From the NCBI GenBank assembly GCA_965235115.1, contig OZ249437.1, positions 23,126,001 to 23,190,000 of the forward strand: DNA of 64,000 nt. Reading direction: 5' to 3'. Positions 14,425-28,844 of this stretch are shown here, one piece after another (the first letter of the stretch is position 1; every line of letters begins with the position of its first letter). A model generated the notes under the pieces. It did no database searches. It was not told where the DNA came from and saw nothing but the letters and a program-made list of their open reading frames with translations. This stretch comes from Laetmonice hystrix. Its lineage: Eukaryota. Position numbers and translations under genes: made by a program.

Positions 14425-15019
14425 TAATGTTGTGGTTCGACACGTTATCTACTGCTACATTCTGACTTACATTCTGCCATGATTTGTGTCAGCTATCTCC
14501 ATCAGTTGTTTACTGTCCCTTTCATATGTCATGTTTTGACTCATGTTTCTCTGTGTATTTATGCGGCTGAATTCTAGTCCGTTTGGTACCACAGCCTTGT
14601 CCTAAGATTGTGGGATAGACCAGCGGAGAGGTAGGTCCTACATGGGTACGTTATGAATCCTGACTCGCTCTCAGTGCGTTAGTTCTGTACGTCTATACGG
14701 CGGCCTTCCGTCGTTTGTCTACAAGACCGCACGGATCACACATAAAATCGGCATTTAAAAAAGGGTTAGTCATCTACCAAAGAGGAACTTTATGTGTAAA
14801 CTACTGCCATTCACTATCATCCTCCCTGGCTTCCATACCTTGGATCGCTGAGACAATGTAAAATACTACCACATGGGAATAAAGAAAACAGGGACGGTAA
14901 AAACTGTGATAAATGAACTGTATGATGTGAAAACGGTCGATGATCTGTAACATGGAATCTGTAACTGCTTCATATCCTGGTATGGTGGAAACCAACGAGT
15001 GAACAAAATCTGTACTTAC

Positions 15020-15078
15020 CAATAATTTTGATCATTTTCTTCTTCTCATCCAGCATAATATTTTCCATTTTTAGATCC
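15020..15078 (-). CDS. 59-nt internal exon encoding a Ser/Thr kinase catalytic loop, (R)DLKMENIMLDEKKKMIKII(D); CAMK/AMPK-related, HUNK-like
   Basis: Branch-like CTAAT, polypyrimidine tract TTCTCTCTTTCTTTCCACAG, donor G|GTAAGT; phase 2 start completes the R of HRD, phase 1 end begins the D of DFG; DLKxEN signature. Confidence 0.88.
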
Positions 15079-16308
15079 CTGTGGAAAGAAAGAGAGAAAC
15101 GTGATTAGAAAAAACCGTCTTGACGTCATTTCACAATACATTTACCTATAAACCTATTGCTGGAACACATGCAAGCCAAGCTAGGACAAGGTCGATGATA
15201 TGAAAGAAGTGTTCCATGACAAATTTAAACCATTTCAGCCGGAATCCCTGCCACATGTTCCTATCATGTGTAACATGTTTACGTGCACGTTTCTCCGCAG
15301 TGCATGCCCCACCAGTCATGTTGTTCACTCAACAGAGATGACAAGAAAATGTAGGAGAAAGAAAAGAGAGTGTACCAACCAACAGGCCTGGACGAACGAG
15401 ATAAACTATCTTGTGCTCAGAGATAATAGTTACTCTGATAATATTAAAATTGCACAATGTGCAGTTTCCATATGAGGAATTGTTTTGCCTGTCTGGTAGG
15501 AGTACAGGACGGGACGTGGGTGTTACCCCCCACCCCTCCTCCAGTGGGGTCAAACTGAAGTTATTATTTAAACTAGATCACCAAGCGCAGAACGTCAGCA
15601 GACAGGCGGTAACAGTAAAAGATGCCAGTTCACTCAACTGATCCTCAATTTCCATCATACCTTGTCAACCGTGTATGTTTGTAGGTCTAGGTCTGCGGCA
15701 CGAACTGTCAATCCCTTTCTCAAGGATGTAAAAACAGGACTATGATATCGTATAATTATATGTGAACCCTCATGGCTCAAATATCAGGAATACCACTGAT
15801 ACCGTGTTGGCGCCTCGGAACTTGATCAATCTATACAATACCAGCCATGCTAGCAGAGACATCAAACCTGAGGGGCATCGAAAAAAGTAACCTTAGAAAT
15901 TAGGACAAATTTCGTAACATGTTTAAACAGGCCAGTCTCAGAAATAAGTGCACAAATAAAACAGTTTGTAGGCCCTGAGGAGGCCATAGGTGCCACAAAA
16001 TAATGGTTTGTACATGTACTTGATACCGGAGGCAATTGGTGCCACAAAATTATGCCACAAAATTATTTGTTACAGAATACCGGAGGCTAAAGGTGCCCGG
16101 TACAATGAGTAGAGTGTCTATGGTAAAAACTCCGGGAAATCTGGGGGGGTCCAAACTAAAGATCTATCACTAGTCCTCGGTCCAACCCTAACTCTAACCT
16201 CTAGTTCCGGTCACCAAACGTCCCCAAAATACACACACCAATCCTAACTCTAACCTCTAGTTCCGGTCACCAAACGTCCCCAAAATACACACACCAATCC
16301 TATCCATG

Positions 16309-16920
16309 TATGTTAGAACGGGACAGTGTGGCTATGTTAGAACGGGACAGTGTGGCTACCGGTATGTTAGAACGGGACAGTGTGGCTACCGGTATGTTAG
16401 AACGGGACAGTGTGGCTACCGGTATGTTAGAACGGGACAGTGTGGCTATGTTAGAACGGGACAGTGTGGCTACCGGTATGTTAGAACGGGACAGTGTGGC
16501 TATGTTAGAACGGGACAGTGTGGCTATGTTAGAACGGGACAGTGTGGCTAGGTTAGAACGGGACAGTGTGGCTATGTTAGAACGGGACAGTGTGGCTATG
16601 TTAGAACGGGACAGTGTGGCTAGGTTAGAACGGGACAGTGTGGCTAGGTTAGAACGGGACAGGGACAGTGTGGCTAGGTTAGAACGGGACAGGGACAGTG
16701 TGGCTATGTTAGAACGGGACAGCGTGGCTATGTTAGAACGGGACAGCGTGGCTAGGTTAGAACGGGACAGTGTGGCTAGGTTAGAACGGGACAGCGTGGC
16801 TAGGTTAGAACGGGACAGTGTGGCTATGTATGTTAGAACGGGACAGTGTGGCTATGTTAGAACGGCACAGTGTGGCTGTGTTAGAACGGGACAGTGTGGC
16901 TATGCTAGAACGGGACACTG
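16309..16920. repeat. Minisatellite, 24-bp unit with 30-bp variants
   Basis: TATGTTAGAACGGGACAGTGTGGC. Confidence 0.96.
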
Positions 16921-17335
16921 CATAGAATGGAGTTGAAGGATCAGGGTCAGTCTGGAGGGTCGTAACGAGGCGGTAACAGACGTTGTACCAGGCACACGTA
17001 AGACACGTGTTACCCTCGTCATTGTCCTCTGATTACCTCCCATACAGACACAGTGTTTCACCAAATCACACTTGTATTCTGGACTGCCACGTGCAGCCCT
17101 GGGGGTGGGGTTGGGGGCTCGCAAACACAATGTACAAGGAACTATTTATACTATCTTTTAACTCTGCCCTCGCCTTTCGTCATCGACTGTTTGCACCAAG
17201 CACTGCGAACAATTAAACTTTTTCTCCGATAACATTTCATGCCTGTTATATACCAGTAAATATTACATATTGTTACGGTGCTTTCGCTCGAGCAATGCGG
17301 AATATATTGGTGGTAATTTTATCAATTACCGCTAC

Positions 17336-17521
17336 AGAATCTGAGACCGTTTGGTACGAGCGGACAGGGTTCCAGAATCTGAGACCGTTTGGTACGAGCG
17401 GACAGGGTTCCAGAACCTGAGATCGTTTGGTACGAGCGGACAGGGTTCCAGAACCTGAGATCGTTTGGTACGAGCGGACAGGGTTCCAGAATCTGAGATC
17501 GTTTGGTACGAGCGGACAGGG
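17336..17521. repeat. 38-bp unit x5
   Basis: AGAATCTGAGACCGTTTGGTACGAGCGGACAGGGTTCC. Confidence 0.93.
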
Positions 17522-18894
17522 TGAATATCATAACGTTTTATTTTCATACACATGACAGGCTGCTTTCTTTCTCCACTGACTCTCTCGTGACCCTGGTGTA
17601 TGTAACAAACTATATGATTGATGGCCAACATTTCTTTTAGACTCGATACATTTTGCAACCGGATGAAACCGCTAATCAGGACATTGAATAGTCCCTCGAG
17701 CGGGTGGGTCCCACGTCCGGGACCAGAGGTTTCTAAGAAACTCTTTGATTGTGATTACGACACAGAAATTGTTCAATGAACAAAAATGGCTGAATGTGAC
17801 ACTGCGATCTTTGGTCCGATCATTGTTTTCACCGTTAGATGTCGCTACCAGTACACATGACGATAAAATATCTCAGTATTTTTAACTTTACACGTGTCTG
17901 CCGGACTATAACGGGGTGACCATACAAATACCGGGGCGAGGGGGCCGGAAGTTTTCGAAATAAATATTTTTGTAGCGAAAATGGTTTAAATAAATAAATT
18001 GCTACAAGGGACAGTGGAAATGAGTCCTCAAATGATTTTCTTTCCGCCCATATATTTCCAGCCCATCCCGCTATGATAAAAAAGTTTCCCCACGTCCCCT
18101 GTGCAATAAAGAATAAATTGCCATGCAAAAATAGCCCCCCCCCTAAACATTTAACACTGACCCCCTCCCCACTAACTCGCTGACTGCCATCAGCCCGCCG
18201 ACATGGGTTGGAAGTGTCCCCACTACTCCTACCACCCGGACATGTCACGACATGTCTCACCCTGGACCATTGACAATCAGTGATATAAAACACACCCAGC
18301 CACAGCTGCCAAACTGCCCCAACTCGGCTGTTTAAACTGAACCCTTTCCCTCTTTAAACCATTGTTTGGGCACAATTCAGCGTTAACATGCAGCATTAAC
18401 CAACAAATTAAATCCATTGTTTTCATCTGAATTTCTCCTGTTTTTCTCCAGGTGCCAGGATTTCTTGACAGCTATAACCCCGAAAGAATTCCAATTACTA
18501 CAACATCTGCAGGTTGGCTTACGGCAACTACAAAACAATTCCTGCCGCATCTAGCAACACGGTCGAGCGTTAAACAACCTGGTCTACATCAAGTTTGGGT
18601 GGCGTCGGTCCAGGCATTTTTAGGAAAATTGGACGCAACGCATGCGAGTCGAGGGGAACGAACAAGTCCGCCCGAATGACTCGCTCTGAGGGAATGTAAG
18701 TTATGGAAAATGAGGAAAACCAGGATAAAAGTGGACAGGTCTGCTGTGTTCGGGACCTGATCTAAGGAAAGCCATGTGTGTAGGGGCGTGGCGGTGACGG
18801 CGGTTAGGTGTCAGTCAACGTGTCCAACAAAGTCAAGTAACGACACAACTTTAATTACTCACTCCACTTCAGTCTCTTGATCCGCGCTCACACC

Positions 18895-20360
18895 CCGTCC
18901 ATACCCCGTCACTACGTCCTTATCACAGTCCGTCCATACCCCGTCACTACGTCCTTATCACAGTCCGTCCATACCCCGTCACTGCGTCCTTATCACAGTC
19001 CGTCCATACCCTAACCCGTCACTACGTCCTTATCACAGTCCGTCCATACCCCGTCACTGCGTCCTTATCACAGTCCGTCCATACCCTAACCCGTCACTAC
19101 GTCCTTATCACAGTCCGTCCATACCCCGTCACTGCGTCCTTATCACAGTCCGTCCATACCCCGTCACTACGTCCTTATCACAGTCCGTCCATACCCCGTC
19201 ACTACGTCCTTATCACAGTCCGTCCATACCCCGTCACTACGTCCTTATCACAGTCCGTCCATACCCCGTCACTACGTCCTTATCACAGTCCGTCCATACC
19301 CCGTCACTACGTCCATATCACAGTCCGTCCATATCCTACCCCGTCACTACGTCCTTATCACAGTCCGTCCATACCCCGTCACTACGTCCTTATCACCGTC
19401 CGTCCATACCCTAACCCGTCACTACGTCCTTATCACAGTCCGTCCATACCCCGTCACTACGTCCTTATCACAGTCCGTCCATACCCCGTCACTACGTCCT
19501 TATCACAGTCCGTCCATACCCCGTCACTACGTCCTTATCACAGTCCGTCCATACCCCGTCACTACGTCCTTATCACAGTCCGTCCATACCCCGTCACTAC
19601 GTCCTTATCACAGTCCGTCCATACCCGTCACTACGTCCTTATCACAGTCCGTTCATACCATAACCCGTCACTACGTCCTTATCACAGTCTGACCATACTA
19701 GGTCCTTATTACCGTCCGTCCATACCCTAACCCGTCACTACGTCCTTATCACAGTCCGTCCATACCCCGTCACTACGTCCTTATCACAGTCCGTCCATAC
19801 CATAACCCGTCACTACGTCCTTATCACAGTCCGTCCATACCCCGTCACTACGTCCTTATCACAGTCCGTCCATACCCCGCCACTACGTCCTTATCACAGT
19901 CCGCCCATACCCCGTCACTACGTCCTTATCACAGTCTGTACATACCCCGTCACTACGTCCTTATCACAGTCCGTCCATACCATAACCCGTCACTGCGTCC
20001 TTATCACAGTCTGACCATACCCGTCACTACGTCCTTATCACAGTCCGTCCATACCCCGTCACTACGTCCTTATCACAGTCCGTCCATACCCCGTCACTAC
20101 GTCCTTATCACAGTCCGTCCATACCCCGTCACTACGTCCTTATCACAGTCCGTCCATACCCCGTCACTACGTCCTTATCACAGTCCGTCCATACCCCGTC
20201 ACTACGTCCTTATCACAGTCCGTCCATACCCCGTCACTACGTCCTTATCACAGTCCGTCCATACCCCGTCACTACGTCCTTATCACAGTCCGTCCATACC
20301 CCATCACTACGTCCTTATCACAGTCCGTCCATACCCCGTCACTACGTCCTTATCACAGTC
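18895..20360. repeat. Minisatellite, 35-bp unit (39-bp variant), about 41 copies
   Basis: CCGTCCATACCCCGTCACTACGTCCTTATCACAGT. Confidence 0.97.
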
Positions 20361-23300
20361 TCCCCCAATATCCCCGTCACCCATTCTCTATGTCCAAATC
20401 CTCTATCACCCCCTATCACAGCAACACCCCCCCCTTCCTCTATCACGTAAATGCCCCAGAGAATGTTCACTGGGGTCACACGGATGCCGGAACCCCAGCT
20501 CCCCACCCTTTCCGGCCGAATGTGATACCTGAACGTGCCCCGACAAGACACCCCGACACCCCACTATTACACCCTGAAGCTGATACCCTCAATGTATGTT
20601 TTTAAGTGGGATTCCTTGATAGCTTCACCCGGTGGAGGAGCGCACCGTGCGAGGGTCAGCGTCAGCTGGAGAGGGAAGGCGAGTTCCCGGTAGCGACACC
20701 TGCTCACCTGGATGTTCAACCCCTCCGCATGGCCCGACTCGGCCCCACCACCAGCTGATGACGGCCCGTGAGCCAAGCGGGGCCCAGGGCTGTCTCAACC
20801 AATCCGGGGTCACGTAGCATGTGACCTCGTCTGGTCGCGACGTGAGTCAGCCACCACGTGGTAATGTTTACAAACATAGGAGTCATGTGACCCGTGCCTG
20901 CCGCCTGCGGGCAGTGGTGGCTGCGACTGCCGGTAGGTGTCACTCTATGTCGAGAGCCGTTCTGACCGGATCACACTCGGCAGCGACAGCCACACGACGT
21001 CATTACGAAACTTCTGGTCAAACCAGAGATGTTCAAGGTGACTTTCACATCTTTGCTGTAAATGGTACTCCACATTTGATAACATTAAAAGTACTGACAC
21101 AAAGCTTTTCGTTTGACGCCACTGACTTGATGGGGACAAAATTATCTGTACCCCCGCCTCCCTACCCCTGCTATCAACGCCGAGCCCCCTTGTAACTCCA
21201 CCACCACGATCCAGCGTGCAAAGGACGTTTAAAAACGTTTTAAGAACGTTATAATGTAGGAATAAAACGTCTTTATAACGTTTGTGTCAGCCAGGATGGT
21301 CATATTTCATTGGCACCCGGGGCAGACCCGTAACATCACCGTCACGAGGGTCAAGGTCACATCCAGAGCTCTCCTACCACTGTCTACCCCACCCCACCCC
21401 ACCCCACCCCACCCCACACCACCCCACCCACACCCCCATCAACATCCTAACTTGGAAGGGCAGTAGTCATTTTATTGATGTTATCACAATGGTTTGGAAA
21501 GCAAACTGAGCCAACAGCCAAGTAAACCAAAACAAACGGGCAGGCCTCCATTATACATCATATCCTACCCCCTCCCCACCCTACCCCCGCCCCATACCCC
21601 CACCCCATACCCCCATCCATCCATCCATCATGAAAATGCTGATAACACCCCGTGGCAACAACTGCCCTTGGAATATGACAGATAGAATTCATAGATACAC
21701 ACCACCCTGGATCCAGAGTGTACAGGGCTGAGCAGTCCAGGCTCGAGTAGGTCCTGGCTGTAATGTGAGTGACCCCATTAACTTCATGATCATTATAAAT
21801 CTTTGGAAATGATAACAGGGCGCTTGGCTAGACATACACGATAGCCATCATAGGTGGTGTGGGAAACGTTCCCTATACACATCTCTATGTGTGTACTTCT
21901 CCCAATGAAACATCCAAGGTCCTTACCCCAGAGAAACCAGAGAAAGCCTACACCTAGCATGACAATTGCCGACACCTAGCCCCAATGTTTGTGGCCATCG
22001 TGTTGTCAAAGGACCTCTTTGGACATGGTTGAAAACTCAGGCAATTGCCAAGCATTTCAAAGCTAAGCTTCCCCCCCCCCCCACCCCCCACCCCCCACCC
22101 CCCAGCTACTTTCACGGGACGCAGTGCCCTGATACTAGCTGTAGTGGGCTGACTCCAGTAGAGTGTTTGATGTGACCATCTGCCGGTACACGAGCCTCAC
22201 CTTCCTGGCGGTCTCGGATAGAAAGGCCAGGGTGGGGTTTGATGAAAGTGGAACATGAAGATGTGGACTTGCTAACCACAGCGACATCTGCCGAAAGAAG
22301 ACACCGGCGGCTGGGGCGTACGACATGGGACCTTTTCTTTGGTTTAAGAGGGACAGTCGTACTGGTGGGGCCAGCTTCAACTGGAGTGAAGCCGGCCATG
22401 GTAGGAGAGAAACGGAGCAAGTATGTAGATGGGGACCTGCCCTAACCGCAGTATCCAGGGTAGCTGAGCTCAGCCTATACGTAAACACACCAACTCCAGA
22501 ATAGCTATTATATAGAACCTGCTCTATTCACAGGATTCAGGCTTTCTCCACTTAACATGTGTGGTTATCGTGAACTGTGAGTTCTGAACGACCGCACACA
22601 AAGTCTAACTTACCAAGTAAGAACACCACAATGGTCCTCTTGAAAGACAGTCCTGAGTATGGACTGAAGCGTGACAGTTAAATATAGACACTCCAGTCTC
22701 TGCAGGCTTTCAGGGGAGACAACCTATCCACTACCTACCAAGTACCTAAGCTGTTTGAAAAGCGTTGCAAACTTCCAAGGTGTTTTAACAAATACTTTAA
22801 CGAGTTTAAGTAGTCTAGCTGTGGCTAATCCTGTCGTGAGGAGGACGGGAGGGTGTGTGATTTACATAATCTCTCTTTACGTCAGGTTCTCTCCCATCAG
22901 ACCCGTCAAGAATCTTCACATTCACTCAGTCACAATCTCGCTATTAGTCAAACTTGTGTAACAGGCCCAATCTATAGTGGAACAGATCGGGCCCAACAAC
23001 TGCTACAAAACCTTTATAATGGCCCCGTGTAAGACATCAAAACTGTTAAACAAGCCGAGTCTAGGCATACCTAAACCTCATACAGATACTCTGTGCCTTG
23101 ATGAAATTATTGTTAACTGGCAAGAATTCCAGAAGTGTGAACCCAAACATCAAAGATTGCACTTTTCTTCCTCCAGATGTTTCTGATTTCTAATATCATA
23201 ACCGACAGGGTTGATACGACGGAGGTATTCTTCATACAGGTAACAAAATGTGGTTTACAGCAACAAGAATCTTTTCCTCCAGAGCTGAAGTAAACTAAAA

Positions 23301-23414
23301 ATGACAGGTTGGATTTATAAAGGTCCCGGTCAATCATAGAATAGAGCGAGGACTAGGTGGGGGAGCATATCTAAATCATCCCCTCGTGTCGGCACGAGTG
23401 TGTGTGTGTAACTA

Positions 23415-24460
23415 GGGATCAAGACGGAGGATAAGGATGGAGGATCATGAAGGGATGCAGGATAAGGATCAAGGATGAAGGGAGGAAGGATGAAGGATAA
23501 GGATCAAGGGATGCAGGATAAGGATCAAGGGTGAAGGGATGCAGGATAAGGATCAAGGATGAAGGGAGGAAGGATAAGGATGAAGGGATGCAGGATAAGG
23601 ATCAAGGATGAAGGGAGGAAGGATAAGGATCAAGGATGAAGGGATGCAGGATAAGGATCAAGGGATGGAGGATAAGGATCAGGGATGAAGGATACGGATC
23701 AAGGATGAAGGGATGCAGGATAAGGATCAAGGATGAAGGGATGCAGGATACGGATCAAGGATGAAGGGATGCAGGATAAGGATCAAGGATGCAGGATAAG
23801 GATCAAGGGTGAAGGGATGCAGGATAAGGATCAAGGGTGAAGGGATGCAGGATAAGGATCAAGGATGAAGGGAGGAAGGATAAGGATCAATGAGGAAGGG
23901 AGGAAGGATAAGGATCAAGGGATGCAGGATAAGGATCAAGGATGAAGGGACGCAGGATAAGGATCAAGGGAGGAAGGATAAGGATCAAGGATGAAGGGAC
24001 GCAGGATAAGGATCAAGGGCCGGGATAAATGGACGAAGGGTAAGGATCAATAACTGGGGGATACAGACTAATGGTAAATATGAACAGACGGAGGATAAGG
24101 ACCTATGAGTTGGGTGTTACGGGCCGGGGGTGGATAAGGACCTATGAGTTGGGTATTACGGGCCGGGGGGTGGATAAGGACCTATCAGTCGGGTGTTATG
24201 GGCCGGGGGTGGATAAGGACCTATGAGTCTGGTGTTACGGGCCGGCGGCGGGGTGGTGGATAAGGACCTATGAGTCGGGTGTTACGGGCCGGGGGCGGGG
24301 TGGTGGATAAGGACCTATGAGTCGGGTGTTACGGGCCGGGGGTGGATAAGGACCTATGAGTCGGGCGTTACGGGCCGGGGGGGGGGGTGGATAAGGACCT
24401 ATGAGTTGGGTGTTACGGGCCGGGGGGTGGATAAGGACCTATGAGCCGACTGTTACCGGG
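23415..24460. repeat. Two adjacent purine-rich arrays sharing the core GGATAAGGA (23415-24050; 24093-24460)
   Basis: GGATAAGGATCAAGG... modules, then GGATAAGGACCTATGAG...GGGCCGGGGG units. Confidence 0.92.
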
Positions 24461-24955
24461 GGGGGGGGGGGGTAGAGAACGTGAGTCATGTCTCAGAGAC
24501 GCCACCTCGCTCGGTACTGGAGGACCCGGGTTGGTGGAGAACCAGCAGATGGAGGAGGACATGATGGGGTCATGGAGGATCAGTCGCCGGAGGAAAGCTG
24601 ACCCTGGAGGAGGCAGCAGCTGTTCCTCCAGTATGTAGGTAGACCTGTGGTGTAAACCACAGGATCTAGGGCAGTCCGTACGGGCTGTGATCACGGGACG
24701 GTGTATGTCGGTCCCAGATCGTAAATCTTCTCTACTACGACACTTCCAATCACAGCCATGTCACTTATACTCAACATTTAACCTCATTCAAATCAGGTCC
24801 CGCTGGTGGTCATGGCTGACCTTTAAATTAGAGGTCATCCCCCCTGTACCCGTACCCTATACCCCATCCTGGTCACTGCAGCAGGTGCGCGGCGGGGATG
24901 GGGTGGGGGGTGAAATGCCTGCCACTGTTATTAATTTTAAAATCTTCCTTCTTAA

Positions 24956-25154
24956 AGTGCAACTGACATCACATAGGTAACTTTACTGATCTAGATAGAT
25001 CACTTTGAGTTGTACCCGTATCCCTGATAGGTTTTCTGAGAAGTCCTCTCAATTTAGAAAAATATTGAAAATTCGAATCTCGCGCCACATCACAGTCTCA
25101 CTCCTGCCTATTCTTTACCATTGCCCCTGATGACGTCAGCAGGGGAATTGGTCT
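24956..25154. mobile_element. Possible TTAA-flanked (Kolobok-like) MITE, about 200 bp
   Basis: TTAA at 24952-24955 and 25155-25158; AG...CT termini but only about 6/10 TIR identity. Confidence 0.25.
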
Positions 25155-26421
25155 TTAAAACGGCTTACATACAGTTCATATTCTTGTACAATAACCGCTT
25201 CTTTAAGTTAAACAACAACAAATTACATGTATTATCAGGATCTGGCACTAAATTTTATGTAAATTTTGATGTCAGTTGGACTTTAACTACTTGTTTCCCC
25301 CACACCAACATTTATTGTCGTGGTTTGAAGTACAAAATTCTCTTCCGAATTACACCAAGCGACGTTGTTTTCAACACGCACCTGATTTTATTTTATGAAA
25401 TGTACTTAAAACGCTGCAAGTCGAATCGCTTAGTATCCTGCGTGAGATGTGGCGCCTCATCCCATGTGGCACCGGGGGAAAGTAAGCTGAACTCTGTCAA
25501 TAAATCTTCAGAAAAAAGTCACCTTCTTCATAGCCCATAATTATCCTTCAATAGTTTGTATTTTTTTATAACATTAAAGCCAACACGGCGGTAGTAAACC
25601 AGTCGGTATCACGCCAAGATTACCATGGACATGCGAACCTTGTGACAAATGAACTGTAAACGAATTTTTATAAAGTTCATCTTCAATGTTCTGTCTTCCT
25701 ATTTTTTCCTATTTTATTACTAGATTATAAAACACCTGACGTGTAACGTGTCTAGGTTGTGTTTTCAGTAACCCCACCAGAGGTGAGCCATGTAGACTGT
25801 ATGAACACATGTCTACAAATGTCAATATGTTGGTTACAATGGAGACAGGTTTGTAGACAGCTCCAGTTTTTACTGATGACCTCAGGGTTGGGTCGAACCG
25901 TTACCGCCCGCCGATCTATCCCATAGATCAACGCGCCGACGACTGGGGTAGGTCGCCATGGTAACATCACCGTGATACTAGGGGGTAAAACAAAAATCTA
26001 TCAATAATTCTAATATCAAACGTAACCCTAACCGTAACCCTAACCCCGGTCTCTGAACCTCGGTAAATACGTACCTCTCCCTAGCCCTGCCACTAACCCT
26101 AACCCTAACTCCTGGGTTCGTACAATGTTAGCACGGGGAAGTAAGTACCCAGCCCGGCCTTGGTGCATGAAACCAGAGCAGGACTGAGGCTGATGTAAGC
26201 TTACAGACACCCCAATGATTCGCTGACTCTCAGTGGAGCTGGGGGTGGCGGGTGATCTCTCTACCCCAGGGTTGTCTGTCAGCTCGGAGCACCCCCTGAC
26301 CGCTGCCCTAGTCTTCACAACATCAAGCACCTCTTTGAGAACCCCTTACGTTCATCACGTACCCCTGTACCCCCTCTCCCACACCCTCCTCCTCCACCCC
26401 CGGCTGAGGGCCAGGAGTCAC

Positions 26422-27976
26422 CCCGACCCTAACCTAGGCCCTGATCCTTACCACCTCAATGTGTACACTTCTTACAACCAAGTATTACACCTTGTTAAAC
26501 ATCCCAACCCTAACCTAGGCCCTGATCCTTACCACCTCAATGTGTACACTTCTTACAACCAAGTATTACACCTTGTTAAACATCCCAACCCTAACCTAGG
26601 CCCTGATCCTTGCCATCTCAATGTGTACACTTCTTACAACCAAGTATTACACGTTGTTAAACGTCCCGACCCTAACCTAGGCCCTGATCCTTACCACCTC
26701 AATGTGTACACTTCTTACAACCAAGTATTACACGTTGTTTAACATCCCGACCCTAACCTAGGCCCTGATCCTTACCACCTCAATGTGTACACTTCTTACA
26801 ACCAAGTATTACACGTTGTTAAACATCCCGACCCTAACCTAGGCCCTGATCCTTACCACCTCAATGTGTACACTTCTTACAACCAAGTATTACACCTTGT
26901 TAAACATCCCGACCCTAACCTAGGCCCTGATCCTTACCACCTCAATGTGCATACTTCTTACAACCAAGTATTAAACGTTGTTAAACATCCCGACCCTAAC
27001 CTAGGCCCTGATCCTTACCACCTCAATGTGTACACTTCTTACAACCAAGTATTACACCTTGTTAAACATCCCGACCCTAACCTAGGCCCTGATCCTTACC
27101 ACCTCAATGTGTATACTTCTTACAACCAAGTATTACACGTTGTTAAACATCCCAACCCTAACCTAGGCCCTGATCCTTACCACCTCAATGTGTACACTTC
27201 TTACAACCAAGTATTACACGTTGTTAAACGTCCCGACCCTAACCCAGGCCCTGATCCTTACCATCTCAATGTGTATACTTCTTACAACCAAGTATTACAC
27301 GTTGTTAAACATCCCGACCCTAACCTAGGCCCTGATCCTTACCACCTCAATGTGTATACTTCTTACAACCAAGTACATGTATTACACGTTGTTAAACGTC
27401 CCGACCCTAACCTAGGCCCTGATCCTTACCACCTCAATGTGTACACTTCTTACAACCAAGTATTACACGTTGTTAAACGTCCCGACCCTAACCTAGGCCC
27501 TGATCCTTACCACCTCAATGTGTACACTTCTTACAACCAAGTATTACACATTGTTAAACATCCCGACCCTAACCTAGGCCCTGATCCTTACCATCTCAAT
27601 GTGTACACTTCTTACAACCAAGTATTACACGTTGTTAAACGTCCCGACCCTAACCTAGGCCCTGATCCTTACCACCTCAATGTGTATACTTCTTACAACC
27701 AAGTATTACACGTTGTTAAACATCCCGACCCTAACCTAGGCCCTGATCCTTACCACCTCAATGTGTACACTTCTTACAACCAAGTATTACACGTTGTTAA
27801 ACATCCCGACCCTAACCTAGGCCCTGATCCTTACCACCTCAATGTGTACACTTCTTACAACCAAGTATTACACGTTGTTAAACATCCCGACCCTAACCAA
27901 GTATTACACGTTGTTTAACATCCCGACCCTAACCTAGGCCCTGATCCTTACCACCTCAATGTGTACACTTCTTACA
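26422..27976. repeat. Minisatellite, 81-bp unit, about 19 copies
   Basis: CCCGACCCTAACCTAGGCCCTGATCCTTACCACCTCAATGTGTACACTTCTTACAACCAAGTATTACACGTTGTTAAACAT. Confidence 0.97.
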
Positions 27977-28844
27977 AACTCGTTGTTACAACCAAGTATT
28001 ACACGTTGTTTAACATCATCAAGCAAGTGTCTTCTTCCCTGACACATGACACCGATTGGTTCTGGCACATTGCAGGCGAGAAGAAACACATAACGTTAGC
28101 CAGAACACTTCCGACAGCACCGATTAAAGTACGGACGAGCTCTTTCCAGGCTAAGCTATATCTGTATCCAGTATTCTCAATTCCAATCCGAGAGATTAAA
28201 CGTTTTTGTTCAGATGAAAAAAAATCTATTTTAAAATGATCTGCGATGAGCAGAGAAGCGAAATAAAGGTTTTTTTATTTCGAGTGGAGCAAACGTCGGC
28301 AGTCCGCCACGTCGGTGACAGGGTGACAGGTTCACCACTGTTTGTCCTAAGATCACAACCCTCTCAGTCTGCCAGCCAACCCAGACCAACCCACCGTCTG
28401 TTTTCTTGGGGCTCATGGCACCTTTTTATTTTAATTTCCTTCCTTTTTATAGAGTCACGGAACCCTTGTGTCTATGTGAACTGTGTGCACCGACCTAGAA
28501 ACGGTGGCCGGGATGATGGCTGGGGATCACGTCTAGCGTCAGACTGTGAACGTCTCACAGATCTGAGCGAATCCTCCGGACTGAAAGACAACCCGCAATG
28601 TAACAGTCCAAGTGTCCTCTGGTAATCTTCTCCCCATTCAAAACAAAAAAAAACTGCACGGACAATAGTATACGGTGTTGTCTACATGTAAGTATGTCGG
28701 TGTGAGATGTTGAAGCAACTGTCGTGGTGATAGATGAGGGAGGGATGCCCTGGAGTTTACCCTCTCCAGGGGGGGTCCCTCCCGGCGACGGCCGTATCTA
28801 TAATACAGATATCAATGTGAAATGGTTCACACCTTCTCATATAA

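Noticed and set aside
26270-26350. Possible + strand exon VVCQLGAPPDRCPSLHNIKHLFENPL
   Set aside because: The acceptor is plausible but there is no good donor and no recognisable family.
26233-27918. 27-aa repeat protein (HPDPNLGPDPYHLNVYTSYNQVLHVVK)n
   Set aside because: The 81-bp unit keeps frame by chance; variants are often non-synonymous and include AAA-to-TAA stops (26740-26742, 27916-27918).
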